Made by a program: the position numbers and the translations under genes. Shown here in pieces: positions 1-12,209 of a stretch of DNA of 64,000 nt; the first letter of the stretch is position 1; each line of letters starts with the position of its first letter. Origin of the DNA: Octopus bimaculoides (taxonomy: Eukaryota); contig NC_068983.1 of assembly GCF_001194135.2 (NCBI RefSeq), forward strand, positions 162,447,370-162,511,369. The letters are read 5' to 3'. A model generated the notes under the pieces. It ran no database searches and had not been told where the DNA came from. It was given only the letters and a program-made list of their open reading frames with translations.

Positions 1-848
1 CCCCCCCCCCCCCCGCCATTGCTTGACAACCAATGTTGTTGTGTTTACATCCCTGAAATTTAGCAGTTCGGCAAAAGAAACTGATAGAATAAGTGCTAGG
101 CTTACAAAGAATACGTCCTGGGGTTGATTTGTTTGACGAAAGGCAGTGCTCCAGCATGGCTGCAGTCAAATGACTGAAACAAGTAAAAGAATAAAAGAAA
201 AGAAAAAAATAGGCATAGAGACAGTGAGGGTGGTAGTAGATTGACGGTTGTGATAGTAATAGTATGAGCTGTAGTTGTGATAGAGGCGGAGGTGGTGGTG
301 GCGAAGTCAAAGGTATTGATAGTGGTGGTGTCAGAAGTTTGAATGGTGTGTGTATGACAGTTGTGGTGGCGCTGGTGGGGCAGCTTTTAAGCTAGTATAT
401 AATTACTACTCTAAGTAAAATTTAGTATGTTATGTTACCTAAAGCTTAATGTCCCCTTTGACATGGTTCCCTTGGGGGCTGACCTGCACATGTTGAGAAC
501 CTCTGTTCTAGATGCTCATTTTCTCTTGGATCCATTGTCATTCAATCACAAGGCAATAACTTAGGGGTTTAAATAACAATGACGAGAGAGAAAGAGTAAG
601 GATGTTACCAAGTATTTTTATTATTGTTTAGAAGATCAATAAGCAAAGTTGTTGACAGCAGTTTGTTGCATTTTGATGAAGACCAGCAATGAACTGTTGT
701 TACTATTTATTCCAAAATGTCACCAAATGTGACACTGGGAAACAATTTTTGTGATTTTACAGGTTTTTGCTTCTGTGAAGTAGAAATGCATTTAGCATCA
801 TTCTCAACAGTCACTGCTAACAGATGGTTTTTGCCTGCCTCATATATA

Positions 849-1047
849 CAGTAACCTCTCACCATATCGCGGTTCACCTATTGCACACCCAGTACATTAT
901 GGATTCTTCTGGCTAATATATATAAATTTATATTGTGGAATCCTCAGTATATCGCAGATTTCTGCAACCAATAGGCATTTATATTTTTTATATTTTAATT
1001 ATTTCTGTGGGAGGTTTTTGGAATGTAACACCCACGATAGTTGAGGG

Positions 1048-1054
<7 letters not shown>
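849..1054. mobile_element. Tc1/mariner (Tigger/pogo-like) MITE
   Basis: TA-cagtaacctctc ... gagggattactg; same family as 9039-9530 in opposite orientation. Confidence 0.7.
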
Positions 1055-1084
<30 letters not shown>

Positions 1085-1837
1085 GGTGCTTGGTGGAATC
1101 CTCTGGCTTGCTAGCTCCTAACAAACTGTCCGGTCTATGCCAGTGTGGAAGACAGACGTTAAATCATCATCATCATCGTTTAACGTCCATTTTCCATGCT
1201 GCCATGGGTTGGACTGTTCGACTGGGGTCNNNNNNNNNNCTACAGCTGGATGCCCTTCCTAATGCCAACCACTCCTAGAGTGTAGTGGGTACTTTTTACG
1301 TGCCACTGGCATGGGCCAGAGGAGCTGGCATCGATGATGATCGGATGGTGCTTTTTACGTGCCACTGGCATGGGCCAGAGGAGCTGGCATCGATGATGAT
1401 CGGATGGTGCTTTTTACGTGCCACCGGCATGGAATGATGATGATATATTGTGCATTTAAATGCATCACATTCTCCAGATGACTGTTGCAGTTAATTTGCC
1501 TTTTGCAATGTGTTTACATTACAAATAGATAGTTATTTTAATTTAATACTGTTTCTATTGCATACAACAAATTTTTATTACTGTAATTATTTTGATGATT
1601 TGTGCTGGCAGAATCGTTAGCATGCCAGACAAAATGCTTTGAGGCATTCCACCTATCTACATTTGAGTTCAAATTCTCCCAGGGCTGTCTTTCCCTTTCA
1701 GCCTTTCAGGTTGTTAAAATGAGGACCAGTTGAGCATAGGGGTTAAAGTAATTGACTTGCTCCCTCCTTCACAATTGCTGGCCTTGTGTCAAAATTTGAA
1801 ACCAATATTTTAATTACTTTGATGATTTGTTTTAGAG

Positions 1838-2279
1838 CAGGGGGTCACCAAACTTTTTCGACCATCGAACTCCTTTAGCCACTTCTTCTGCATCGACCAC
1901 CCTCCTCATTTAAAGTATCTTAATACCCTACCATACCTCATCTTAAATGCATACCGGGTACTGATGTTGGCAATTATAACGTTAGCTAAAATATACATGT
2001 ACAACAAATTAAGAAATTCTATTGAAGATGACACACTTTTTACGTTTGAAACTACGTGTATGAGTCTACAGTATTAAACTTTGAATTTTTATGAAATGGT
2101 TTTCATGGTTAGAAAATGTGAAAAACATATATTGCTGGAATAGCTTTTATTGAAATTGACAACATCAATGTGAGGGATGAGCATGGCGCTAAGTATTTCA
2201 AGCAGTTCATCTTGGTGAGCTGGTCTTTCGCATGCCAAACCTCCCCATTCGACCTCCTGTAATTTCTTGGCGACCCCTG
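1838..2279. mobile_element. hAT-type MITE
   Basis: TIRs caggg(g)gtcaccaa / ttggcgacccctg; exact 8 bp TSD TTTTAGAG (1830-1837, 2280-2287). Confidence 0.88.
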
Positions 2280-4415
2280 TTTTAGAGCAACCATTTCAAA
2301 GATGCATGTGTTTCTTAATGCATATCCTTCCTGTCTTTTAGGCTATATTAATTGCAACCTCTTTAAGTTATAATTGTGGCTTAAAAGTTACTTGAGCTTT
2401 TTATCTAGACTCCTAGTCATAAAAACGGAATGAGAACACTTACCTGAAAATAACTCCTAATTATTTCTACCCTTATTTATTCTTACAACAGATGTGTAAA
2501 GCCATTTCAAACTTTCATTTCCTATTCTACAAATCCAATACAATCTAAACTCTATTTCTCAATTAGTATTTCTCCTGCAGCTACCTCACCCAAAATAATA
2601 TTCTTTCGTTAATTTTAGTTGATCAGCCCCAGTTCTTTCAATTCAGTACATATTCTGTTGGTGTTGGAAGGATGAAGAAAGGGTAATTGGGCAGGATAAA
2701 ACTAGGAATGTAATTATGACCTAACCAAATCTATTATCTTTTGCTTTGATGCTCTCCTGATTTCATCATTCACTGCTATGTCTTATGACAGGATGATTGA
2801 TAATAACAATGTGTAGTTTTTACTCGTTTCAGTCATTAGTCTACAGCCATGCTTGAAAGAATTTTAGTTGAACGAATCAACGTCAGTACTTTTTTTTTTG
2901 TTTTTAAGCCAGATACTTATTCTGTCATCTTTTGTTGAACCACTAAGTTATTGGTATGGAAACACTCCAACATGGGTTCTCAAGTGGTGGTGGGACAAAC
3001 AGACACACACAATATATATATCATCATCGTTTAACGTCCGCTTTCCATGCTAGCATGGGTTGGACGATTTGACTGAGGACTGGTGAACCAGATGGCTGCA
3101 CCAGGCTCCAATCTGATTTGGCAGAGTTTCTACAGTTGGATGCCCTTCTTAACGCCAACCACTCTGAGTGTGTAGTGGCTGCTTTTATGTGCCACCGGCA
3201 CAAGTGTCAGTAAGGCGACGCTGGTAACGATCACGCTCAAATGGTGCTATTTACGTACCACTGGCACTGAAGCCAGACAGCTGCTCTGGCAATGATCATG
3301 CTCGGACGGTGCTGTTAGCACTCCACTGGCACAAGTGCCAGCCATATACATACATATGTATGATGGGCTTCTTTCAGTTTTCATCTACCAAATCCACTAA
3401 CCTGAGGTTATAGTAGAAGACTCTTGCCCAAGGTGTTACACAGTGGAACTGGACCTAGAACCATGTGTCTGGAAAGCAAGCTTCTTGCCACATGTCTATA
3501 GAATATTTATTTATTCACTCTGAATGTTAGACGCACTGATATTTTAAGCGTGCATTTTATTGCATGAGTGATGAACATTAAGTGTAACATAACTACTTCC
3601 TGTAATTAGCATATTGCTCTTACCTTTGTAACAGCTGGCCATTTTATTGGAGAATAACATTATTTTAATTTATATGATTAATTAAATGTGTAACACTATC
3701 TCTACTTGTGCATTATCAGCAACATCAGGAAATGTCTTCTCAGAAGAATCTGAGTTTAGTGCCATGAAAGTTTGGTTACTTTTGTTAAGATATTCTTACA
3801 AATCTTCTTAGAATTTACTTTTAATCCTCCTAATTCTTTATTTGTATAATTTTATTTATTTGATAATCAGATCCAATCATTGTTTGTGATAATACTGAAA
3901 TATTTGAAGCAATAGTTTCTTGTGCCTCTGCCAATTACTGTTGTGGTACATGTACCACAACAGTAATTAGAAAACCTTATGAGTAATATTTAGCATTTAT
4001 TGCGTTAGAATAATATATGTTAGACTTTCATGGACAGAAATGGATTGGAATCTAGCAGCATAAAATCTGTTTGAAAGTGTTATCTCAAAATAACTTATGG
4101 TTTGAGATTTGAATTTATGACCTTGTCAAAAGTTAACTCTTACTGGTGAAGTTTTTTCTTTCTCGTTCTTCATAGCTTGGCACAGAATCTTCTCTGAAGT
4201 TTGTATGCATATATAGAATTTCTTTGCTGCCCTACTAAATTATTACACTTATTGTTTACCTACTTTTTTAATCATGTAGTTCAGTGGTAGGACTAACAAA
4301 GAGGGCAGTGAGTTCAGTTACTTTTAGAGACAAAAAATGTATAACATCCGTTTATTGTCTTTACCTTCTGCAATAAACTTTCTGTGTATGAGGAGAATAA
4401 TGTAGAATAATGTGG

Positions 4416-4774
4416 AACAAGAGCACTCGGAGAGCGCAAACCTCCATCAAGGTAACACCAATGTCCTCTCAACAATTAGCAAGAGATGATTTTTAAAATG
4501 AGAAAATCTGAAATAAACTTGACTGCTCTCAAAGAATCAGACCGCTCTCAAAAATTAAGTAAAAAAAAAAAAAACAGGAAAAATAATCCAGAGTCCTTGT
4601 TGGGTACTGGATTGATCCCAAAATCTAATCAGTTCATGCCAGTCACGAGGCCAAACATCCCTGAAAGTTTCGTCCGAATCCAGCCAGTGGTTCTTGAGAT
4701 ATCTTGTCCACAGACAAACAAACAAACACAACTGAAATCAATACCTCTGCCTTTGCTAAGGCGGAGGTAATAAT
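4416..4774 (+). mobile_element. DINE-1/Helentron-like non-autonomous element
   Basis: Ends in (ACAA)n plus hairpin cctctgcctttgctaaggcggagg; partial inverted copy at ~46133-46290; class by resemblance only. Confidence 0.5.
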
Positions 4775-6454
4775 GTAGAAACAAGTGATGGTTTAGAAAA
4801 TCTGATGGGGAAACAGTCTACTTGAAAAAGCCAAAACAAAAGACTTTGTAATAGCTGCAAATTATATTTAGTAAACACTACAGATGATATATCATTCCAA
4901 TTATGCCCTCTCCCCTTTAAAAATGCATTCAGTGAAGGAATGTCTAAATTATGTTCAGTACTGTGTAATATGCAGTGTGAGTGTATGTACACACTGCAAT
5001 GTTTGAAATGTATTATTATGTGTATTGGAAATATGTATATTGTATATGAAAATTGTAATATATTTTACATGGAGACTCATGTTAACCATAGAAAATATAT
5101 GTAGTGAACATATATTGAATAAAATTTGTATAATGTGTATGTGTTTCACCATAACAGCTTTATATATAGGGCATATCATAATGTATTCTATTTATGTGTT
5201 TGGAGTACATGCAGTATTGGTTAATTGACAAAATATACTTTTAATTAATGAACTTTAATCTAACATGGCAATTTTTGATGTCATTGTCATCATTGTTGTA
5301 AAAAGTCTGTACTAAATACATGCAATTTATGTTAATATGAATGTAATAATTGAATACCAGTTTCGACTTATTTCTTCGAAAATACTCTCGTTTTGACAGC
5401 ATGAGTACAATAGTTGAAAAATAATTTATATTTTGTGATTTGCCACAGGGCAACTACAAAATACCAGGTAAAGTACTTAGCAGCATTTTGTCAATCTTTA
5501 CGTTTGTTTCCCAACCATGTGGTTCCAGGTTCTGTCCCCCTGTGTGGCATCTTGGACAGGTGTCTTCTGCTATAACCTCAAGCTGACCAAAGCCTTGTGA
5601 GTGGATTTGGTAGATAGAAACTGAAAGAAGCCTGTCATGTGTGTGTGTTTGTCTCTGCCACCACCATTTGACAACTGGTGTTTACATCTCCCTAAACTAG
5701 CAGTTCAGCAAAAGAGACTGATACAATGAGCCAGTCTTAAAAAAAAAAAGTACTGGGGTTGATACATTCAACTAAAGAGTCTTCAAGTATGTGCCCCAGC
5801 ATGGCCACAATCTAATGACCGAAACATCTTAGAGATGCACAATGCATGTAATTCTAGTTTTTGTAGTTTAGTAGATCTGAAATTTTCCCAAGATCTTTGA
5901 AGATTAATCTTTCTTGCCAAGCTTGTTGCATCATTAATTTCTTTAGAAATCTCTTTTAGGAGTGTTGTATACTTGTATTTTAATTTTACATAAATGTTTA
6001 TAGATAGTAAGAAGCTTGCTTCCCAACCACATGGTTTCAGGTTCAGTCCTACTGCATGGCACTTTGGGCAGGTGTCTTCTACTATAGCTTCAGGCTAACC
6101 AAAGCCTTGTGAGTGGATTTGGTAGGCGGAAACTGGTTTCCACGAGTTGTGATGGCGTTGCTGTTACTAAAGTTTTCTTTTCTTTTCTCTATTATTAATT
6201 TTACTCGCGTCTCTATCTTAGTAGAAACTGATGGATAAAGAAATCAAACAACATAAACAAACGCCAACAAAACTGTTCAGAAATTAAATAACACTAACAT
6301 ATTCAATAACAATAATAAATTTGATTCATCCTCAACAAAGTTTAGTTTTATCAATTTTGAATATATCACTCCTGTTTAAAACCTCTTATCTACTTGACAA
6401 TTGCATTTCTAGCTTTGCCTTGAAAGAAGCTTTATCTCTTGGACTCCTGATTTT

Positions 6455-6610
6455 GTGTGCAACGATGTTGTTAAACCCCTGTTAACAGCACTGTATGCAG
6501 GTCCTTTCCGTTTTCTTTCACACACAGATAAATTTTTCGCTATAGACCTTAATGGTCGTAAAGGCACGATATCAGTGGATAGACTAAAAAAGGCCTTCAT
6601 AGAGAAAACT
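6455..6610 (+). pseudogene. Gypsy LTR-retrotransposon integrase C-terminal (GPY/F) remnant
   Basis: DVVKPLLTALYAGPFRFL...IDLNGRKGTISVDRLKKAF resembles YxGPFxV...DTVSIDRLKPA. Confidence 0.72.
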
Positions 6611-7852
6611 GTCCCCGTTCCCACTGCAGATGGCACACAGCATTACAAACACGGCCCGTACACCCACCTTCACATTCCATGACTACTATTGGGATCGATC
6701 AGGTACTGGAAAAGGATTCTGGATTATTTTCCGTTTCTTTTACTTCATTTTTGAGAGCGGTTGGGTTCTTTTTTAGTATTCCCGTGAGAGCAGTTGAGTT
6801 TATTTCAGATATTCTCATTTAAAAAATCATCTCTGGTTAATTGTTGGGAGGATGTTGGTGTTGCCTTGGCAGATGTTTGTGCTCTTATTATTATTATTAT
6901 TATTATTGGCAAAGTGGTGAGCTAGCAGAATTCAAATACTGCTGAGGTCGACTTCAAATTTCATCTTCTTGGAATTGATAAAATAAGTACCAGGTCAGCA
7001 CCGGGGTCAATATAATCAACTTATCTTGTTTCCAGAAATTGCTGGCTTTGTGCCAGAATTTGAAACCATTATTATTGGATGAGAGAGCAGTACATGCCAT
7101 CAAAGTGACACTGGGGTACAAATATACAAAGCCCAGTATACCCATCATGACTACCTGTCTGATAAGAGTACACCAGGCACATGCATCACAACCATATGTG
7201 CGTGACATAGTGATCTCATATCAAAATGAACAGTGCATCACCTTGCAGTTGGGGCCAGTTAGAATTTTCTTCAGGTCAAGTAGCTTATCCCACTCAAAAG
7301 GTCCTTGAATAAGGGTTGTTTAAGGATGTTGAATGAAATGCGTTTCCAAAGCTGAATTATTCAAACCCCAAAGAATTCCTCTCAACACATGGCTATGATG
7401 CTCCCCCACTACTTCTGGTCATGATCAGAGATACACATATCACGAGCCACTAAGGAAAATGTGCAACTGGTTAGGGTCAAGTAACTGACAAGCAAATCTG
7501 TGGTATTGAGCAGAATATTTGCTGCAGCCCATCTTTTATATCAAGACAAAACAACGTACATGATAACACTTCCAATCACTTAAGATCAGAAGCCATGGGA
7601 ACCATTACCTGGTACTGCATCAGGGAATTTATTATTAACAATTTGGATAATTAAATCAAATGAAAATCTGTGATCAACTAAAAAATCAGTAAAGTTGTTA
7701 ATTATTGTAGGAGCTAAATAAGTGACAGAGCAGTTATTTCTTGCAGAACTAGGTTTTAATTCCTGTTTGGATCCACTTCATACTCTTTTATATAATCTGT
7801 AGTTTTAAGGAAAATCTTAAATGTTATACCACTTCTGTCTTTCAAAGAATAC

Positions 7853-7938
7853 GGGCATATGACGTAAGAGCACAGGCTACTAACCCCAAGATTCCGAGTT
7901 TGATTCCAGGCAGTGACCTGAATAATGATAATAATAAT
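7853..7938 (+). repeat. tRNA-like head plus (AAT)n only of the HH-A element
   Basis: gggcatatg...ctactaaccccaagattccgagtttgattccaggcagtgacctgaataat; no hammerhead module follows. Confidence 0.75.
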
Positions 7939-8150
7939 CTTATATTTTGTTGCTATGGAAGAAATAATTACTTTTTGTAGTCAACAAGCAGGTCACATGG
8001 TTGGCACTAGAGAATTTAGTATTATAGAGATTAAGTTTGATAATTCTTCCAAGATGGTTACAACTTCTCATTCTCTCAGAATTTGTAAAATAAATACCAG
8101 TAATATCTTCAAGGAAACTGAATTGGCTGTATCTCTACCTTAGAGTCCTT

Positions 8151-8692
8151 CCTTTAGCATTTAAACCAGCAACATCCGGCCAAAATATTCTAGCCAGATC
8201 TGGCCTCTCACAGCTACCCTACAATGTCATTCTAAAAATATACAATCACATCATTGGCATCTCAAAGTTACGAGATAATGTATGATTAACCCATTCATGC
8301 TGAAATTTTTCTAGTGAATGAAATTGCGCATCCAGCTTGTGCTTGACATGTTACACAACTGTGGTTGTTACAAGTTATGGATCAAGCATTTGTTCAAACA
8401 GACTGCATACGCATTAAGAACATGTTTCATTCTTTGATACAGATCATACACAAATCAGAATTTGTATCATCATCATCGTTTAACGTCCGCTTTCCATGCT
8501 AGCATGGGTTGGACGATTTAACTGAGGACTGGTGAACCAGATGGCTACACCAGGCTCCAATCTGTATTAATTATAATTAATTATATTAATTATAAATTGT
8601 CAGTTTAAATGGATGATTGGCATGAATGGGTTAATTCCAAACACTGAATGATTAAGCATTACATTTGATAAAGTAACATGAATGCTAAACGG
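8151..8692. mobile_element. TTAA-type MITE (cctttagcatt ends) hosting a second MITE
   Basis: Family also at ~14865-15085 and ~55285-55503; interrupted at a TTAA site. Confidence 0.7.
8290..8630. mobile_element. piggyBac-type MITE
   Basis: TTAA-cccattcatgc ... gcatgaatggg-TTAA; contains SINE fragment 8467-8564. Confidence 0.82.
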
Positions 8693-9038
8693 TTGTGTAA
8701 TGGTGATGTGTTCTTTAGATAATGTTGGTGCTATTAGTAGAATATCGACACACTTCACAGTTTGGTTGCAACTGTCATTAAGTATTTTGTTTGTGATCTT
8801 GTGACATTATAACTACCGATATTTTCTGGTTTCTTCTTTAAATAGTTTTAGCCTTTATCACGATCACTGGAACTCTGCTGCTTATGACTGAGTGTTCCAG
8901 TTGATCTGATCAGTGGAACAGCTTGCTCGTGAAATAATTGTGTAAGTGGTTGAACACTCCACAGACACGTGTACCCTTAACAGTTTTCAGAGGGATTCAG
9001 AATGACTTAGAATGGGACAAGGTTGCCCCTTTGTAGTA

Positions 9039-9530
9039 CAGTAATCCCTTGACTATTGCAGGTGTTACATTCCAAAACCTCCCATGGAAATAATTAAAAT
9101 GTAAAAAAATATAAATACCTATCGGCCACAGAAACCTGTGATATAAATTTACATATATTCATCATCCAATGCTTTAAATCTGGGTTTTGTCCCCGTTAAC
9201 GGGGGTGGCTGGATCTACCTCAATGCCATAGCAACCGAGGTAGGCTGGTGCAGCCCACCCCAACCTTTAGGGTGGCTGGTGCCCATTCTCCTTTGCTATC
9301 ATGAGGCTTTTTTGGAGCTGGATTTTCTACGGGGAGCATGCTCTTGCTTAACCCCAACCTCAGTTTCTAGATATGAATGGTCCTGAGACCAAGGCCTCTA
9401 CCATGATTTTTAAGAAATGTGGTGGAAAACTAGCTCAGGCAGGCAGGGACGCTACTTCCTGAGACCCCTTTCGGAGCCCCGTTATGTACTGAGTGTGACA
9501 GGTGAACCGCAATATGGCGAGGGATGACTG
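9039..9530. mobile_element. Tigger/pogo-like MITE with ~300 bp internal insertion
   Basis: TA-cagtaatccctt ... gagggatgactg-TA; extra GC-richer segment ~9170-9480 absent from the 849 copy. Confidence 0.7.
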
Positions 9531-12082
9531 TACAGGTAGAACTCATTTTTGCTAGCTGAGTAGACTGGAGCAACATGAAATAAAGTGTCTTGCTCAAGGA
9601 CACAATGTTTCACTGAGTATTGACCCCTTCAGTCTTGAGCCAGATATCCTAACCACTTATCCTTCACAAAGCTAATTATTACTCTTGCTCTAAAAATACA
9701 GAATCAGTTGAACCATGAAAGTTCAGAGCAGAGAAACCTTTCAATCATAGTAATTTAGATTGAAGACATCATCATCATTTAGTGTCCGTTATCCATGCTG
9801 GCATGGGTTTGGACGGTTTGACTGGGCTGGCACGCTGGAAGGCTGCACCAGACTCCAGTCTTGGTTTTCTACGGCTGGATGCCCTTCCTAACACCAACCA
9901 GTCTGAGAGTGTAGTGAGTGCTTTTACGTACCACCGACCGTTTGCGTGACTCCTTAGGATAATCAGAGCAAACTGATCAAGCCTCATTTTAGTTATGAAA
10001 GTGTGACTAAACAAAAATTAAAGTTAAAATCACGAGAAAACACCAAAAAACAGTTGAGTAATTGAAGGGGGGGGGACTCAAAATGTCAGCCTATTATAAA
10101 TTTAATGTTTCTCTGTTCTTTATGTTTTTATGTTCGTTGACAATGAAACTCAAACCAACAACTCCCCTAATCCCAGGCAATGTTCTAAATGGAGGAGGGT
10201 CTATTTCTTTAAGGGCTGCCTAATTGGGGCCCCACTGACCCCCCCCTATTTTTACTGCATTTTAAACTAATTACATGGCATTGGTGCCCAAACTGGAGCA
10301 ATGTCAATGAATTTCATACCATGAACTCCCAGGAAGTATTGTAAGGAGGCTCAATTTCAGAAGGGCCACTATGGGGCTTCACTGACTACCACTATTTTTA
10401 CTGCATTTACGTCGCGCCTATGCTTATTTATTAAACTACGATCAGCCTCAGTGCTGAGCACATTTGCAGAAATAAGGTTGGCCATTTCTAAAGATCATCA
10501 CGGACATTCAAATCGAGATAAAGAGTTCTAACAGGTACGTTTCAAGTGTGGCAGTGTGGACGTTCATATTTTGTAGTTTATGAAACTTGAGTCTAGTATA
10601 GAAAGCATGGTTGATTATATGTTCTCAGTAGAAGTAGGATAAATATTGCCAAGAGGCCAGCCTATCCCATTTGAACGTACTTCCCAATGACATATCAGGA
10701 GTATGATTCAACATTGCTTTAAAGAAGCTCACAGGAAGTAAATGGCTAATATGTAAAAAATCAATTACGACAGATGATGAATTGGAAGAAACCTATAGCA
10801 ATAATTAGCTTTTACTGGTTTCAGTCATTAGCCTGTGGCCATGCTGGGGCATCACCTTGAAGATCTTTAGTCGAATTAATCAACCCCAGTATTTTTTTCT
10901 GAGCCTGATACTTATTCTGCTTGTCTCTTGCTGAACTGTTCAGTTAGAAGGACATACACATACCAACACCAGTTATCAAGTGGTGGTAGGAACCCCCTCC
11001 ATACACACATGACAGGCTTCTTTTCCCAAGGCTTTGGTTGGCCCAAGGCTGTAGTAGAAGACACTTGCCCGAGATGCCATGCAATAGGAGTGAACCTGGA
11101 GCCATGTGGTTGGGAAGCAAATTTTGGAATCTTTGTGGTTTTCGTCACTGTTTACGATTATCTTTAAGAAATTTTTTTAATGTATCATATAGATGTAATT
11201 TTTAATGCTGAATCCGAATTTGTTATTCATTTATTCCATAAAAATTTTGCAAAAAATGTTACAGGTGTTCAAAGTTTGATAATTTTGATAATTTTCAGCC
11301 AATCAGAAAACTCGTTCGCTGCCTCTTCCATCATCTGGGCGAGGGTGGAGGGCATCAGCATGTCAAAACATTAAACTAGCCACACGAGCAAATTAAATAT
11401 TTAAAAGCTGTGAACAAACAAACCAACAGGAGTTGCTAGAAATAAGTCAATACATTAAAATATAACATGAGCAAAGTTAATATTAAAACATTTATGAGCA
11501 AATTAAATAATTAAAATCTACAAATAAGCCAACATTGTTTAAAACAGACATTTTATTAGTTAAAAAAAATTCAAGAATGAAAGTTTGCAAATACACTCTA
11601 GGATTTTATAAAATAAATTCTCTTTCTCGTATCTCCTTCTCCACATAAATTCACAAAGATGAGAGTCAGCCATGCCCAGGTACTTTCAATTTGTTGAGTG
11701 TGAGTTGCATCTCTTATGAAAGCAGACAATTATTGAACAAGTGGTGGTTACACTCCTTGTGTGCATGTGCAGCATCTTTGGTTACTATGGAAACAGAGTT
11801 CTTCACAATCGGCAATGGAACACGTGGTGCTTCTTTGCTTTGGTTATTATAGAAACACACTTCTTTGCCATGGTGATGTCTAAAATACTTGCTTTTGATT
11901 GGCTAAAATACCCAAATTTTGCAAATTTTAAAGGCTAAAAACTTTTTAATTATGGATTTATAGGAAAATGAATTTCGTTTTCATAATTAGTATACCAAAC
12001 TTAATCCATATACCAAATTTGTTTTTAATTCTAAAATTGACTCATCTTCAATGTTTATTAAATTAAATTTTTTTTATTCCAG

Positions 12083-12209
12083 ATTAAAAGAAGTTGCTGA
12101 AAAGATTAGTCGATATGGCTTCACAAGTCCTCCTGCTCTGTCATCTCTACGAAACTTAGTTATAACACAGTGTGTTTTGGGACCCAATTATGTAGCTCTT
12201 TTACTGGAA
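12083..12209 (+). CDS. UBR5: UBR5 exon 2
   Basis: (R)[19 protein letters not shown]...[14 protein letters not shown]; ag/gt bounded. Confidence 0.93.

Noticed and set aside
5449-5467. 19 nt AG/GT-bounded micro-exon candidate in intron 1
   Set aside because: It is not frame-preserving and has no homology support.
7853-7925. tRNA gene (also the heads at ~19320-19389 and ~23562-23635)
   Set aside because: No proper acceptor stem, and the heads are embedded in a dispersed repeat; they are SINE heads.
10440-10534. Candidate first exon ending ...AACAG|gtacgt
   Set aside because: The phase fits, but the translation shows no resemblance to the UBR5 N-terminus.
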